Shown piece by piece: positions 20,401 to 28,940 of a stretch of DNA of 64,000 bases. This DNA is from Caldisericia bacterium (lineage in GTDB: Bacteria > Caldisericota > Caldisericia > JAAYUI01): contig OY771555.1 in NCBI GenBank assembly GCA_963674785.1, positions 672,001 to 736,000 on the forward strand. The letters run 5' to 3'. Each line of letters starts with the position of its first letter. The stretch's first letter is position 1. The position numbers and the translations under genes are program-made. The notes below the pieces were generated by a model. That model saw only the letters and a program-made list of their open reading frames with translations. It was not told the DNA's origin and searched no databases.

Positions 20401-23400
20401 AAAATCACATTTAATGACTGGGAAACAGAAATTCTTGGAACATACGACATGGCAACCAATACATGGGCAGCCGGTATCATTGATGCAAGAACCTTCCAGA
20501 GAAACGATGGACTCTACAAGTTCAGCCTCAACGAAAACACCGCAATGGTAGATACCGTTGGTCTTGACTTTGGTGGCGAAGTTACAGTTGACGAACAGGA
20601 CCACTTGATCGCAAGAAACGAAGTCCTTCCACTTTACATCACAGCATACAAATATGGTGATGATGATGTAGACAGAGCATTCACACCAATGTGGGATTAT
20701 GAACCACAGGCACAGCAGACAGAAACAACAAGACGTTACAGTCATGAAGTTTACCTTGCAGCCCAGATGGCAGTTCCAATTGAACCAGAATGTGACCTTA
20801 CAGTAACAGTAACACCAGAGAGACTTACAGCTGGTGTCACACCAGAGCTTGTTGACGTTACAAAACCACTCACATTCAACGTCATGAAAGACTCAGCACC
20901 AATGAACCTCCTTGAAGGTATCGCAGATGACTGGGGTAACACAGAGGTCAAAGAAGAAGACGCATGGAACCACCTCTTCTATGATCCACATCCAGACAAC
21001 GAATACTTCTATGGATATGATGCATCACTTCCACAGTACTACTGGGTAAGAACTGACCTCCATAATGACGACGGAACAGAGATTTGTAACTCCGAACTCT
21101 ATGGTCTCAGAAACGACCCATCAGGTCCAGTTGTTGTTCCATTCAACCCAATCGAAGCAGACTTCAGCAACTCCGCTGAGGGTTCATATGTCTTCAAGGG
21201 ATTCTGTGCCAACGACAACAACCAGTACATGGAAGACTTCCCGAACTATGACGACAAAACAATGGATCCAAATGTTGAAGATCCAGAGGAATGGTGGAGA
21301 GAGAAACACGCATTCTACGTAAGAATCTACTCACCAGACAGAAGACACGCCGGTTGCGTAAACCTTGACGTTTACTCACCAGACGTAACATACCAGATTA
21401 CAAACTTTGAGAACAAGGGCGAAATCCATGAGTCACCAGGTGACCCAGACTTCGTTATGACAGCAGCAGATAACAGAAGATATATCGTCAAGGTAACAGC
21501 AAGAGACGCAATGGGCGTACTCCTTAAAGGTGTTACCAAGGGCGTCAGCGTCTGCGGTGGCGGTGTCAAGAATACCGCAAGATTCCTTCCATTCTCAACA
21601 AGACCACAGTCATTCGACTTCACATTCGAACAGTGCATGGCTCCACCATGCTGCACACCAGTTGAGCTTCACATTGGTTATGACATTGTTCCAGATGGCG
21701 ACATCACAAGAACAGATAAAGAACTCTACCTCCTTTCAGGGTTCTCAATGAATAAGTCAACCAGTGCAACAACATGCTCAGGTTCAGCATCATCAGTCTC
21801 CATGGGTTCAATCCGCTACAACACCACCAACAAGTGGTATTGGGGAGACAACAAGTGGGACGTCACAATCGAAGATGGCGACGAAGTAATGCCATGGGTT
21901 GCATGGGATCTTCCACCACCAGTCGAAGGCTGGGGCGCAGGTTCAATCTACAACCATTGCTGGTACGGCGGATTCCTCTTCGCAGACTTCAACGAAGACG
22001 GAAAACTTTCATACCTCGACGAACTTGGACTTGATGTTAACGCACAGACAGAATTCCACATCTGGGCAGAAGACATCGCATACATCGGTGGACTTGTTGG
22101 TGACAACGAATACGTCAACACCCCAGCATATGCTGACCTTGCCGGATTCCCACCATTCAACGACAAAACCGACCCAAGATACACAGAGAAGAGATTCAGA
22201 AACATGTATACCAACGACGAAACCTTCTTTGTTGACTGGGAAGCACCACCAAAGAACGTCGCACTCATCGACTCACCACTCATTACCATCCTCAGAGCAG
22301 AAGACAGAATGCCACTTGGCAAAGATATGTTCGATCCAGAGAACTACGATCTTACATATGCATTAGACAACCACATCATCGCAGTTGTCAGCCCAGCTGA
22401 CTACTCTGACGAAGCAATGAAGCCAAATTCAAGAGTTTACATGTCTGGTAACCAGCATGAGACAACAGTCTTTGGACACACAGAAGTTTCAGAAGAGTTC
22501 GAAGGTGCAGTTGAAACAACAATCGAATTCAAACCAACTGGTGTAGGAACAGCCGTTGCTGAACTTACATTCATGTCACCAAACGAGAACTATCTCAAGG
22601 GTGAACTCCAGTTCGTTGTACCAGAATGGTACTCAGTTAGAAAACATGGTATGAAGAGTGTTGCCGGATACGGTGATGATGCATCCGAGTGGAGAAAACA
22701 CAGAGACGCAGAAGAAGCCGAAAAGGGATACCCAGAATACTACATGGAAGATTGGAACCCATGGACATTTGACGCAGGCAAAGGACTTACAATTGAGCTC
22801 TACAAGGAAGGCGAAATCTTCCCACAGACCAAGGGTAAACTCATTGCAATCGTCAAAGAAGCCGGAACAAACATGCCTGTCCCAGGAGCAAAAGTAGTCT
22901 TTACAGGTGCTGGCGTTGATGTCGAAAAAGAGACAAACAACGACGGTGAAGTACTTGTTGAAGTTACTCCAGACGAAATGGGATTCATCAAAGCAAAAGC
23001 TTCAAAAACAGAATATCTTGGTTCACCAACAGCAACAATTGCTGTCTCCAGAGATGTTACACCTCCAAGCCTTGTCGTTGATCCGGTGAAAACACCAACC
23101 AACAGCAAGACTCAGACACTCACAGGTGTTGCAGAGCCAGGTTCAACCGTTCTTGTCAATGGCAAGAAAGCAACAGTTGGACCAGATGGAAAATGGTCAA
23201 TTGATGTTGAGCTTAGCGAAGGCGACAATGTATTCTCAATCATCGTCAAAGATGCTGCAGGAAACACAACACAGCAGTCAATAACAGTCAAACTCGACAC
23301 AACACCTCCAGACATCCTTGTTGAGCCATTCGAGTCTGTACTTGAAGGCACAGAGTATACAATCGTTGGAAGAGTTGAGCCAGGTTCAAAAGTTTGGGTC

Positions 23401-23934
23401 AATGGAACTGAAGCAGAAGTCGTCAACGACTTCTTCAGAATCACAATCCCACTTAAAGAAGCTCCATCATTCACACCAGTAAACATCACTGCTGAAGATG
23501 CAGCTGGTAACAAAGCAGAGCATGAAACGATGAGAATTGAAAATGTTGGTATGCTCAACATGAAGCTTTGGATTGGTGCACCAGACATGGAAGTCAATGG
23601 TGAAACTAAAACGCTTGATGTTCCAGCACAGATTGTTTCCGGAAGAACAATGGTTCCACTTAGAGCTGTTGCAGATGGTTTTAACGCTGAGACTGAGTGG
23701 GTTGCCGCAACAAAAACTGTTGTAGTTAAATACGGTGACCTAACAATTGAACTCCCAGTTGGCAACAGTACTGCAACTATTAATGGTGTCGCAGTTGAAT
23801 TGGAAGTTCCAGCACAGATTCTTGATGGAAGAACAATGGTTCCATTTAGATTCATTGCCGAAGCATTTGAAGCTGAAGTTGCATGGCTTGGCGATGAGCG
23901 CGCAGTAACAGTTAAAAAAGCAATCTATCCATAA
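14458..23934 (+). CDS. Giant secreted surface protein (3158 aa) with C-terminal Ig-like repeats and copper amine oxidase N-terminal-like (stalk) domain; candidate S-layer/sheath protein
   Basis: RBS AAGGAG + ATG 14458; signal peptide MKKIIGFMIALFLV; DAAGN/DTTPP Ig-like repeats; two GRTMVPLR/GRTMVPFR motifs; strongly biased codons (CCA, ACA, GCA, AGA, AAC, TAC). Confidence 0.85.
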   Translation: MKKIIGFMIALFLVASSLVVPGMMIETTSAAETDVPAIFIANRWAPVGARWNGNSLVAERTREFDGVGTSWGTTQYKMPGPGATMEINPMSAPNGVVINVTPDRITAPFPSVADDQRYSIPMYWTEFYLRVEPAMGESQEYERWYAVVDDMGQLWFDPDGRFHDGRYCATADPNTEAYKYFGGTGNDNCKNNPHTKVDPSNANNTQGPYLYMPTTLYGFFNYGVRVSEPGSYTDPSNYPLFDTDPETGGLFFVPDPDRTHGTKRTFQVGYNDMPDFPLLRDGASTITLAGISRPNIPAIGTNLVDTVVGVTTVIRDTTVLPYETDEIDDWDVSLPYVRFVDGYDASIAIPPLPPSFPPGPPGAYDDNLMPPLVDLNNYFAVDNDLFEYGEEWHSANIVLDPPPNQAGQPMQNFTGVRMDIYDPGEWIYRAGMNFMAIAPNLQAVHGYDYTNPVETYDYAYFGCTRLTPVSMRYNGQFFNYAPGSIVRDATNGGQYGTYEEGDDVDLLDPVTLQSPHLLYRFPLADSNFQGPGTGPSTLQHEAYETVHLDNYNYNANERCTSGANYYDPYEGIYMKSNQSGGETSIQPGDWRLTNVNGNSYSIDAWMGWIGRDGGTLPAAGGTEERLFSLGGMWHGDVLVLSEIVTGGCDSPEYNLSVQTDVWEGMIPSETCAALRSPNDDFDRLAQNVQKNAVLDPTGTNFQYPTTVFQDMKFGYREFVGVQVWHDDNKDCNLGLQETGPVPPGENLFMLNLADDYIQGRTGEAHIGMADGYAAKDVGRTLSQFWAENIDPSFNGYGLGDNWNGPLTPVEPGPRFYDTHNAGGYTNGGVVNLNMYGVGEAIYYDTDANYDISAGDVRMSDVTVQRGNGTFAEIVKYNKGSIVTAGDADVNMRNGVGDDLSEFVPVMNPAGQVIYWPMYFDERIEDVVNPGKYFEVNGRFDTDEAIYDASYTGYAVVAPGFQRLTEINLGGVTYAAGSTIEQPDMWLYQMPLYGITMGRNCKFQYTDMIVAPGTTGMQVEIDKPLKVEQTSQIDISFSPPPAKERFDEFGNYHPEEVIYVVIENVGSPGYNDINEMYRVVSGRQPTARFQFTPYRGSCPNSGNSDFVNYLDEDSNYYVRIRSYRDLNPSCENPICNTGEVADCTDPKSNVAPLDRKYNDPWWYKRTQADPTMIEGRPLRDYQKGVEICAPSPMPPLPYALEDSYDCYVEKKYLISPEDIDVLPSVACLQTLDQRFPNFSVTLTDADNPDDVNDPAGMRISVPLTDDTNVDQAYGREDYLIATYNGHGGGIDWIGTAIDNNGTAQRKYILQANEDGTYLYWYWLEPNPITSGIVGAVNPNAAPQLEGVLDSNDLLIGRDFTGIVNWTVVDGKYKPSIPADERVCRTPVHVDDKEYWKDSDCSAKYTTCSACSIEGLKPMGEVTGRHANWNAYRDTFNNRVSHLASDYYGHFDGVGPLNSFTNARAWIAGINPAYDIGGPNQMLWTGPWASGFGVQTLVTSYGQTEDEDPGGDALIAILPRDGRTHLNLQVYTVNAIYDYNSTIPHPADGTSPYFVIDPLKNEGIDYCGTADIKVYQPDPYVNFAEWQIVDHALQYSEVDYTAGTGALHDLRVPTPQIQSPYNPILRTSKGGFRCYPGGQTHTGRVTGGTFGVGGAFGWNAYPAIFDNKFYKLGTEFFPLTDYGIYFILKDGEGRHLSFDPCWPVDLRIKRIEIVGPFARPRIWDIDENSVLPKYKQWGLENVPIQYDWSGEIVIDSNNWKDYEYRGVDSNGTGLPLDFTNRSHFGDVTLPSPNPWLVYNGRLDYTMVGECSEPSSYDNLFVVDEIIPWNYGKILIYVTLWDGTFKMYQDCCVSPPVDGIDVQALAMSLEIEEDPERDKAFIQLDDDGTIMMPQQTFNVTLAEHHDLEKGQKPQPEWFDSEGDEVSECNDALMYVWQDRGTMKRGTGTLLYGAGDGWVSMAPTSSLLTFHPEQYEEPDDINEDGKITFNDWETEILGTYDMATNTWAAGIIDARTFQRNDGLYKFSLNENTAMVDTVGLDFGGEVTVDEQDHLIARNEVLPLYITAYKYGDDDVDRAFTPMWDYEPQAQQTETTRRYSHEVYLAAQMAVPIEPECDLTVTVTPERLTAGVTPELVDVTKPLTFNVMKDSAPMNLLEGIADDWGNTEVKEEDAWNHLFYDPHPDNEYFYGYDASLPQYYWVRTDLHNDDGTEICNSELYGLRNDPSGPVVVPFNPIEADFSNSAEGSYVFKGFCANDNNQYMEDFPNYDDKTMDPNVEDPEEWWREKHAFYVRIYSPDRRHAGCVNLDVYSPDVTYQITNFENKGEIHESPGDPDFVMTAADNRRYIVKVTARDAMGVLLKGVTKGVSVCGGGVKNTARFLPFSTRPQSFDFTFEQCMAPPCCTPVELHIGYDIVPDGDITRTDKELYLLSGFSMNKSTSATTCSGSASSVSMGSIRYNTTNKWYWGDNKWDVTIEDGDEVMPWVAWDLPPPVEGWGAGSIYNHCWYGGFLFADFNEDGKLSYLDELGLDVNAQTEFHIWAEDIAYIGGLVGDNEYVNTPAYADLAGFPPFNDKTDPRYTEKRFRNMYTNDETFFVDWEAPPKNVALIDSPLITILRAEDRMPLGKDMFDPENYDLTYALDNHIIAVVSPADYSDEAMKPNSRVYMSGNQHETTVFGHTEVSEEFEGAVETTIEFKPTGVGTAVAELTFMSPNENYLKGELQFVVPEWYSVRKHGMKSVAGYGDDASEWRKHRDAEEAEKGYPEYYMEDWNPWTFDAGKGLTIELYKEGEIFPQTKGKLIAIVKEAGTNMPVPGAKVVFTGAGVDVEKETNNDGEVLVEVTPDEMGFIKAKASKTEYLGSPTATIAVSRDVTPPSLVVDPVKTPTNSKTQTLTGVAEPGSTVLVNGKKATVGPDGKWSIDVELSEGDNVFSIIVKDAAGNTTQQSITVKLDTTPPDILVEPFESVLEGTEYTIVGRVEPGSKVWVNGTEAEVVNDFFRITIPLKEAPSFTPVNITAEDAAGNKAEHETMRIENVGMLNMKLWIGAPDMEVNGETKTLDVPAQIVSGRTMVPLRAVADGFNAETEWVAATKTVVVKYGDLTIELPVGNSTATINGVAVELEVPAQILDGRTMVPFRFIAEAFEAEVAWLGDERAVTVKKAIYP

Positions 23935-23988
23935 TCGGGTAATTACTTTTTGAATGAAGACTTACTGTCTCTAAAGCAGTAACTACAA

Positions 23989-24018
23989 AGACCCCCAAGA
24001 AATTGGGGGTCTTTTTTT
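23989..24018 (+). terminator. Intrinsic terminator
   Basis: AGACCCCCAA-GAAA-TTGGGGGTCT followed by a T-run. Confidence 0.9.
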
Positions 24019-24169
24019 ATTGGATCGGTTATGATTTGATATTTGGGAAAATATTACACTTTTTTTGACAAACTTTTTTTGAAACTGAATTACCCTTTAA
24101 GCTGTATGAATTCACATGAAGAAATCTTCCTTACTTCAAAAAGCTGATACTGGTGTTATCATCTCACAC

Positions 24170-24838
24170 ATGATAAGAAAAAAATTTCTTGCCATTATTT
24201 GTTTACTGGTTTTCATAAGCCTTTTGTCCTGTGGGCAAAAGATTCGAGTTGATGAGACTGTTACCCGGAAAGATGTTACACTCCCAGCAAGTTTTGAGGT
24301 TGTCGATGTGAAAACAGATGGTGCTGAGTTTGTTATTTCTGTTAAGAAAGATGATCTGGTTTACCAGTTTGTGGTAACTGATGATGCAGCGATATACTAC
24401 AACTCAGGCACGGTTTCAAAGGCTTTACTTAAAAAAGGTCAGGAGGTATATGTTTCGGGTGAGGATGCTGATAGTATTTCCTCGATAATCATTACAAACT
24501 GGCCTGGAATGGTAAGCGTTTCTGAGAAACCCATGGTAAAAACTGAATATGTCAATGTTACAGTTCTGCTTTCAAATTACCTTTTTGATAATCATCCAGA
24601 GCTTGGTATCATACCCGATTCAAAGTGGATTTTGGATGATTCAATTTCAGTTGATGACCCACCAAACCATGTTGATTTTTATCGGTTTGATAGGCATATT
24701 TTGGTTATCAAGTGGCGAGAACACGATTTCCCTGATTACAATATGATGCTTGTTTCGCACCTGGAGGGTGCTGCGTATTGGAGTGGAAGACTAAATGAAT
24801 ATGGAGAGTTTGAGGAGAGTTTTTATGAAGCACAGTAG
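24170..24838 (+). CDS. Hypothetical lipoprotein
   Basis: MIRKKF..., lipobox LLSC. Confidence 0.7.
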   Translation: MIRKKFLAIICLLVFISLLSCGQKIRVDETVTRKDVTLPASFEVVDVKTDGAEFVISVKKDDLVYQFVVTDDAAIYYNSGTVSKALLKKGQEVYVSGEDADSISSIIITNWPGMVSVSEKPMVKTEYVNVTVLLSNYLFDNHPELGIIPDSKWILDDSISVDDPPNHVDFYRFDRHILVIKWREHDFPDYNMMLVSHLEGAAYWSGRLNEYGEFEESFYEAQ

Positions 24839-25559
24839 ATTTTTGGTTTTTGTATTGCTTTTAGTGATGACAATTTCTGTTATCGGTTGTGGTGGGGCAG
24901 ATGACCAAAACAATAATTCAACCGAAGATACTGATTCAACCGATGAAACTTCGAAGGTGGAGAATGTCGTGAACCACAAACTGCCGGTGGAAGGGTTTGT
25001 TGGACAGTTTGATGGCGAGAATAACTCCTTTGTGCTTGCAACACTACCAAAAAGTGAAGGCCAAGCACCAGGACAAATCTCAATAAACTTTGACAATGGG
25101 ATTTCACTTGTTGATTTGGATGGAGTGGATACGACTATAAAAGATTATGATAGAGTAAGGATTGATGAGGGAGAAACTACATCATCTGGAATAACAGCAA
25201 CAAAGATCACGCTACTTAAGAGCTCAAAGGCGTCTGAATACGCTAAGCTTATTTCGGACAATAAAATATCAACCATGGGTTCAGATGACTACCTTAGTGT
25301 ACCGTCGATTTTGAAATCATCGATTGGTGCTGATTTACCAAAATCATTCCCAGGTGCTGCTGCATGGACGGTACATCTACCAAAGGATCACCCAACAATT
25401 AAAGGTGCAAAAATAATCGAGCTTGTAAGTGGGAATTGGTCGATATATCTGCTTTCAAATCCTGAAACAGAAGAGAAGTATTCAGTGACAATCACAGATC
25501 GAAATGAGTTTGAGTGGACTGGAATTATAACAGAGGATGACAAGGTAGAGCAAAGATAG
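24825..25559 (+). CDS. Hypothetical lipoprotein (distant paralog of upstream gene possible)
   Basis: MKHSRF..., lipobox VIGC; both proteins end in W-S/T-G-x-x-x-E motifs. Confidence 0.7.
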   Translation: MKHSRFLVFVLLLVMTISVIGCGGADDQNNNSTEDTDSTDETSKVENVVNHKLPVEGFVGQFDGENNSFVLATLPKSEGQAPGQISINFDNGISLVDLDGVDTTIKDYDRVRIDEGETTSSGITATKITLLKSSKASEYAKLISDNKISTMGSDDYLSVPSILKSSIGADLPKSFPGAAAWTVHLPKDHPTIKGAKIIELVSGNWSIYLLSNPETEEKYSVTITDRNEFEWTGIITEDDKVEQR

Positions 25560-25595
25560 CAGGACAAAAAAATCAACACATATTCTAAGCACACA

Positions 25596-25626
25596 AATCC
25601 CTCGGAAAACTTCGGGGGATTTTTTT
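25596..25626 (+). terminator. Intrinsic terminator
   Basis: AATCCCTCG...CGGGGGATT followed by a T-run. Confidence 0.75.
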
Positions 25627-25770
25627 GTTCACCTTTTTATCATTTTGACCTTATTTGTATTCCTGTCGATTTTTTTAGTAACTCACCGTATCTCCTCTAT
25701 CATCTGCACCCTTGCCTTCCTCTGTTATCCCGCACTTTATGGGGGATGGAAATGACCAGATTTTCTTAAC

Positions 25771-25915
25771 GTCTTTCCAGCGAATCCTGGAAACCCGGGT
25801 ATAGAAAAACGTATTTTTTTGTCTGGAAAATAATTCCTCTTTCATCAAAAATGACTGAATGAGTAATACACGTATCAAAAACAACCCGGGATTTCTGGTC
25901 GTAGCCAGGAATGAT
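25771..25915 (-). mobile_element. REPIN/MITE-like element, copy E (145 bp)
   Basis: Reverse complement begins ATCATTCCTGGCTACGACCAGAAATCCCGGGTTG and ends ATACCCGGGTTTCCAGGATTCGCTGGAAAGAC. Confidence 0.75.
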
Positions 25916-25994
25916 GTTTTGTGGAATTTATCTTTGATTTCTCTCCCGTTTTACACATAATATAAGCTATAAAGAAAAGCTTGGGAGGTAAGAT

Positions 25995-27425
25995 ATGAAA
26001 CTGAAAAATACTCTTGTTATTGTGGGGATAGTTGTTGTTGCCTGCATAATTGCTTACTTATTGTTCACCAATGTTTATTTGAAAATGCCACATCCAGCGA
26101 ATGTCAGTCGCGATAAAGACTATTCATATGAACCAATAATGCTTTTGGATTCAGATGATAACCCACACATAATCTGGGAAAGTGATGATGCAGATGGTGA
26201 TCTTTGGGACTCGGAAATCTATTATACCAAATGGAATGGTGAGAACTGGGTGAATGATAAAGGAGAAATTGTTGATAAATATAGGATAAATCTAAATATA
26301 AGTGAAAACTCATTTGATTCAGGATTAGGATATTTTTTCCTGGATTCTAAAAATTACCCGCATGTTCTGTGGTTTGATTCCCGGGTGTTGGGTGGAGGGC
26401 ATACAGTTTACAGAAAGTGGGATGAAAATGGCTGGGTTGACATCAAAGGTTCTACTGAATCAACCTATTACTCGGATTTTGATAATCCAATCGGCACCTC
26501 TGATGTTGTTATGGATAGTGATGACAACTTGCATGTTATTACACATGTATCAGTCCCAAGAGGGGATACTTTTGATTATCGAATAGGGTATCTAAAAAGG
26601 ATTGATGGAAAATGGATTAATATTTTCGGGGATGAATACTCTAAAGATAATGATTTTCTCGGTATTGTGATTCCATCGATAGTTGATTTAAAGATTCAAG
26701 TTGATTCTAGTGGTTATCCCTGCATCCTATGGACGGATGATGACTATGATACCGATGGGTTTATATATTTTATAAGGTGGAATGGTGAAGATTGGGTGAA
26801 TGTGGCAGGCGAGTCTTGCAATATCGGTTTTGAAAATTCCAGGATTTACGACAAACTTGTAGATATCTTTAGAGTGGATTTCATGCTTGATAGTGACGAT
26901 AACCCTCATATTTTCATGAATTATTTCTCTGAAAAAATTGAAGAATATGACTATTGTCTTTTGATTTATTATGTGAAATGGGATGGCAAAAAATGGATAA
27001 ATGAAAAAGGAACCATTAAAAACTCCTTTGATGAAAAAAACTGGTCATTGAAGATGGGATACTCTGATTCCTTGGTATTTTCATTTGACCTGGATTCAAA
27101 AAATCAACCACATATATGTTTTTCTAGCTGGGTCGAAAATATCGGTACAAACATCTATTATGCACATCTGGATGGAGATACCTGGAAAACTGCATCCGGT
27201 GAATTTTTTGATAAAGATATGAAGAGCGGATCTTTAAGTCAAAATTATTATTCATCATGGCAGCCATCGCTTGCAATTGACTCAGATGATTTTCCCCATA
27301 TCTGCTGGCGCGATAATCTTAGGTGGGAAACATATGATGAGATAATGTATGTCAAATGGAATGGTGAATCCTGGGTTTGTGCAGATGGCACACCATATAA
27401 ACCAAGCAGATATAAAGGGGAATAA
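25995..27425 (+). CDS. Membrane-anchored Trp-rich repeat (probable beta-propeller) protein 1
   Basis: N-terminal TM; about 7 repeats of LDSxDNPHIxW...YxKWxGxxWVxxxG. Confidence 0.75.
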   Translation: MKLKNTLVIVGIVVVACIIAYLLFTNVYLKMPHPANVSRDKDYSYEPIMLLDSDDNPHIIWESDDADGDLWDSEIYYTKWNGENWVNDKGEIVDKYRINLNISENSFDSGLGYFFLDSKNYPHVLWFDSRVLGGGHTVYRKWDENGWVDIKGSTESTYYSDFDNPIGTSDVVMDSDDNLHVITHVSVPRGDTFDYRIGYLKRIDGKWINIFGDEYSKDNDFLGIVIPSIVDLKIQVDSSGYPCILWTDDDYDTDGFIYFIRWNGEDWVNVAGESCNIGFENSRIYDKLVDIFRVDFMLDSDDNPHIFMNYFSEKIEEYDYCLLIYYVKWDGKKWINEKGTIKNSFDEKNWSLKMGYSDSLVFSFDLDSKNQPHICFSSWVENIGTNIYYAHLDGDTWKTASGEFFDKDMKSGSLSQNYYSSWQPSLAIDSDDFPHICWRDNLRWETYDEIMYVKWNGESWVCADGTPYKPSRYKGE

Positions 27426-27454
27426 TTGAAATTCATCTGCGCACTCATTGTTGT
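27426..27454 (+). pseudogene. Remnant of VOC/glyoxalase gene 5' end
   Basis: Translates LKFICALIVV versus MKFICSLIVV at 30338. Confidence 0.65.
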
Positions 27455-27524
27455 AGGAAGGTTTATAAAGTGTCTTATTTTTTGAGATATGTATATATCA
27501 GATAGGAGGATGAGGCGGAAAAAA

Positions 27525-28940
27525 ATGAAAGAGATTTTTGAAAAAACAAAAAAAATCGTACTTCCAATAGTTGTGGTTGCCGCCATTTTCTTGGTGGGAT
27601 ATCTTGCAAACAAAACTGAAATAGATAAGTTTTTCAAACCTATTGATCACTCAATTATCAGCGAACACAATGAATCTCCAGGTATCCCTTCGATAGATAT
27701 TGATGGAGAGGATATTTGTGTAGAGTGGGATGTTGTAAATGGTGACAACATAAGAAAAATGCGTGGGAAGATTGATAATGGAAATATTGAAAAATCATAT
27801 GAAGATGAGAATCCAATAGTTTCTCCACTTGTCAAAGAGAGGCGTTTTCAAGCCTCAGAGGTTTTTGATAAAGATGGAAACCCAAATATTGCCTGGTCTG
27901 GAATAGATATTATAGGTTTTTCAAGGTTTGATGGTGGTAAATGGGTAAACATTGAAAATGAAGAAACAGATATTTTAGATAAACATGTTGTAAGTTGGCA
28001 GCGTTCAAAAAATCCTTTGTTATTATTGGATGAAAAAGGAATTCCGCATATTCTTTGGGTTGGATATACGGACAATACACCCGGATGTAAATCAGACGTT
28101 ATGTACACAAAATGGAATGGAAAAAACTGGGTATCTGCAGATGGGGAGGTTTTTAATCCTGATAATAATTCAACTGTAAACATCAGTCTTGATGATGATT
28201 ATTGTTTGGTGAAAAAGTTTTTGCTTGATGAGAGAGGGTTTCCTGTAGTTATTTGGGGGCGTTTTGATAAACTAAACTTGATAAGATGGGATGGAGAAAA
28301 TTGGGTGACAATAGGCGGGACATGCTATATTCCAAATTCAGGAAATGCAGTTATAGCTGAGTCTAGTAGAAGCATACATTTGAAAAGAGCATTTTTTGAT
28401 AAGCACAACAAACTTTGCCTTTTTTGGAAAGAAAGTGATCATGAAACCCATAGTAATAATATTGTTTTTGTAAGATGGGATGGTCGAAAATGGGTGAATT
28501 CTGATGGTTCAGATTATGTTGATAGTGAGTCATACATCCTGAAAGATTCTGAACTTTTGCATGATGTTTGTGTAACTCTTAAATTGGATGATGATTCAAA
28601 CCCACACATCTTGATTGAGTCTGATTTAAAAAAATGGAACTGCACTTATTTGATATATATCAAGTATGATGGAAAAAACTGGGTTTCCGCAGATGGCAAT
28701 GAAATTGATATAAATACGGAAAACCCAGCGTTTATTTTTTCTGAGGATGATGATGTAGAATTTGATTTTGCGATTGATAAAAATGGAGTCCCGCATATTG
28801 TTTGGGGTTCGAATGTAATCCCTGAAGAAAGAAGATATCAGGAATCCTCGCATGCCATAAAATATGTCACTTGGAACGGCGAAGCCTGGGTTTGTGCCGA
28901 TGGCACACCGTATAAACCAAGCAAATATAAGGGGGAATAA
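27525..28940 (+). CDS. Membrane-anchored Trp-rich repeat protein 2
   Basis: Same repeat; last ~70 bp nearly identical to gene 1 (CADGTPYKPSxYKGE). Confidence 0.75.
   Translation: MKEIFEKTKKIVLPIVVVAAIFLVGYLANKTEIDKFFKPIDHSIISEHNESPGIPSIDIDGEDICVEWDVVNGDNIRKMRGKIDNGNIEKSYEDENPIVSPLVKERRFQASEVFDKDGNPNIAWSGIDIIGFSRFDGGKWVNIENEETDILDKHVVSWQRSKNPLLLLDEKGIPHILWVGYTDNTPGCKSDVMYTKWNGKNWVSADGEVFNPDNNSTVNISLDDDYCLVKKFLLDERGFPVVIWGRFDKLNLIRWDGENWVTIGGTCYIPNSGNAVIAESSRSIHLKRAFFDKHNKLCLFWKESDHETHSNNIVFVRWDGRKWVNSDGSDYVDSESYILKDSELLHDVCVTLKLDDDSNPHILIESDLKKWNCTYLIYIKYDGKNWVSADGNEIDINTENPAFIFSEDDDVEFDFAIDKNGVPHIVWGSNVIPEERRYQESSHAIKYVTWNGEAWVCADGTPYKPSKYKGE

Noticed and set aside
14403-23855. Many antisense and alternate-frame ORFs inside the giant gene (e.g. 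23112..23855, 247 aa; 18248..18814)
   Set aside because: Expected shadows of strong codon bias; no RBS or domain signal
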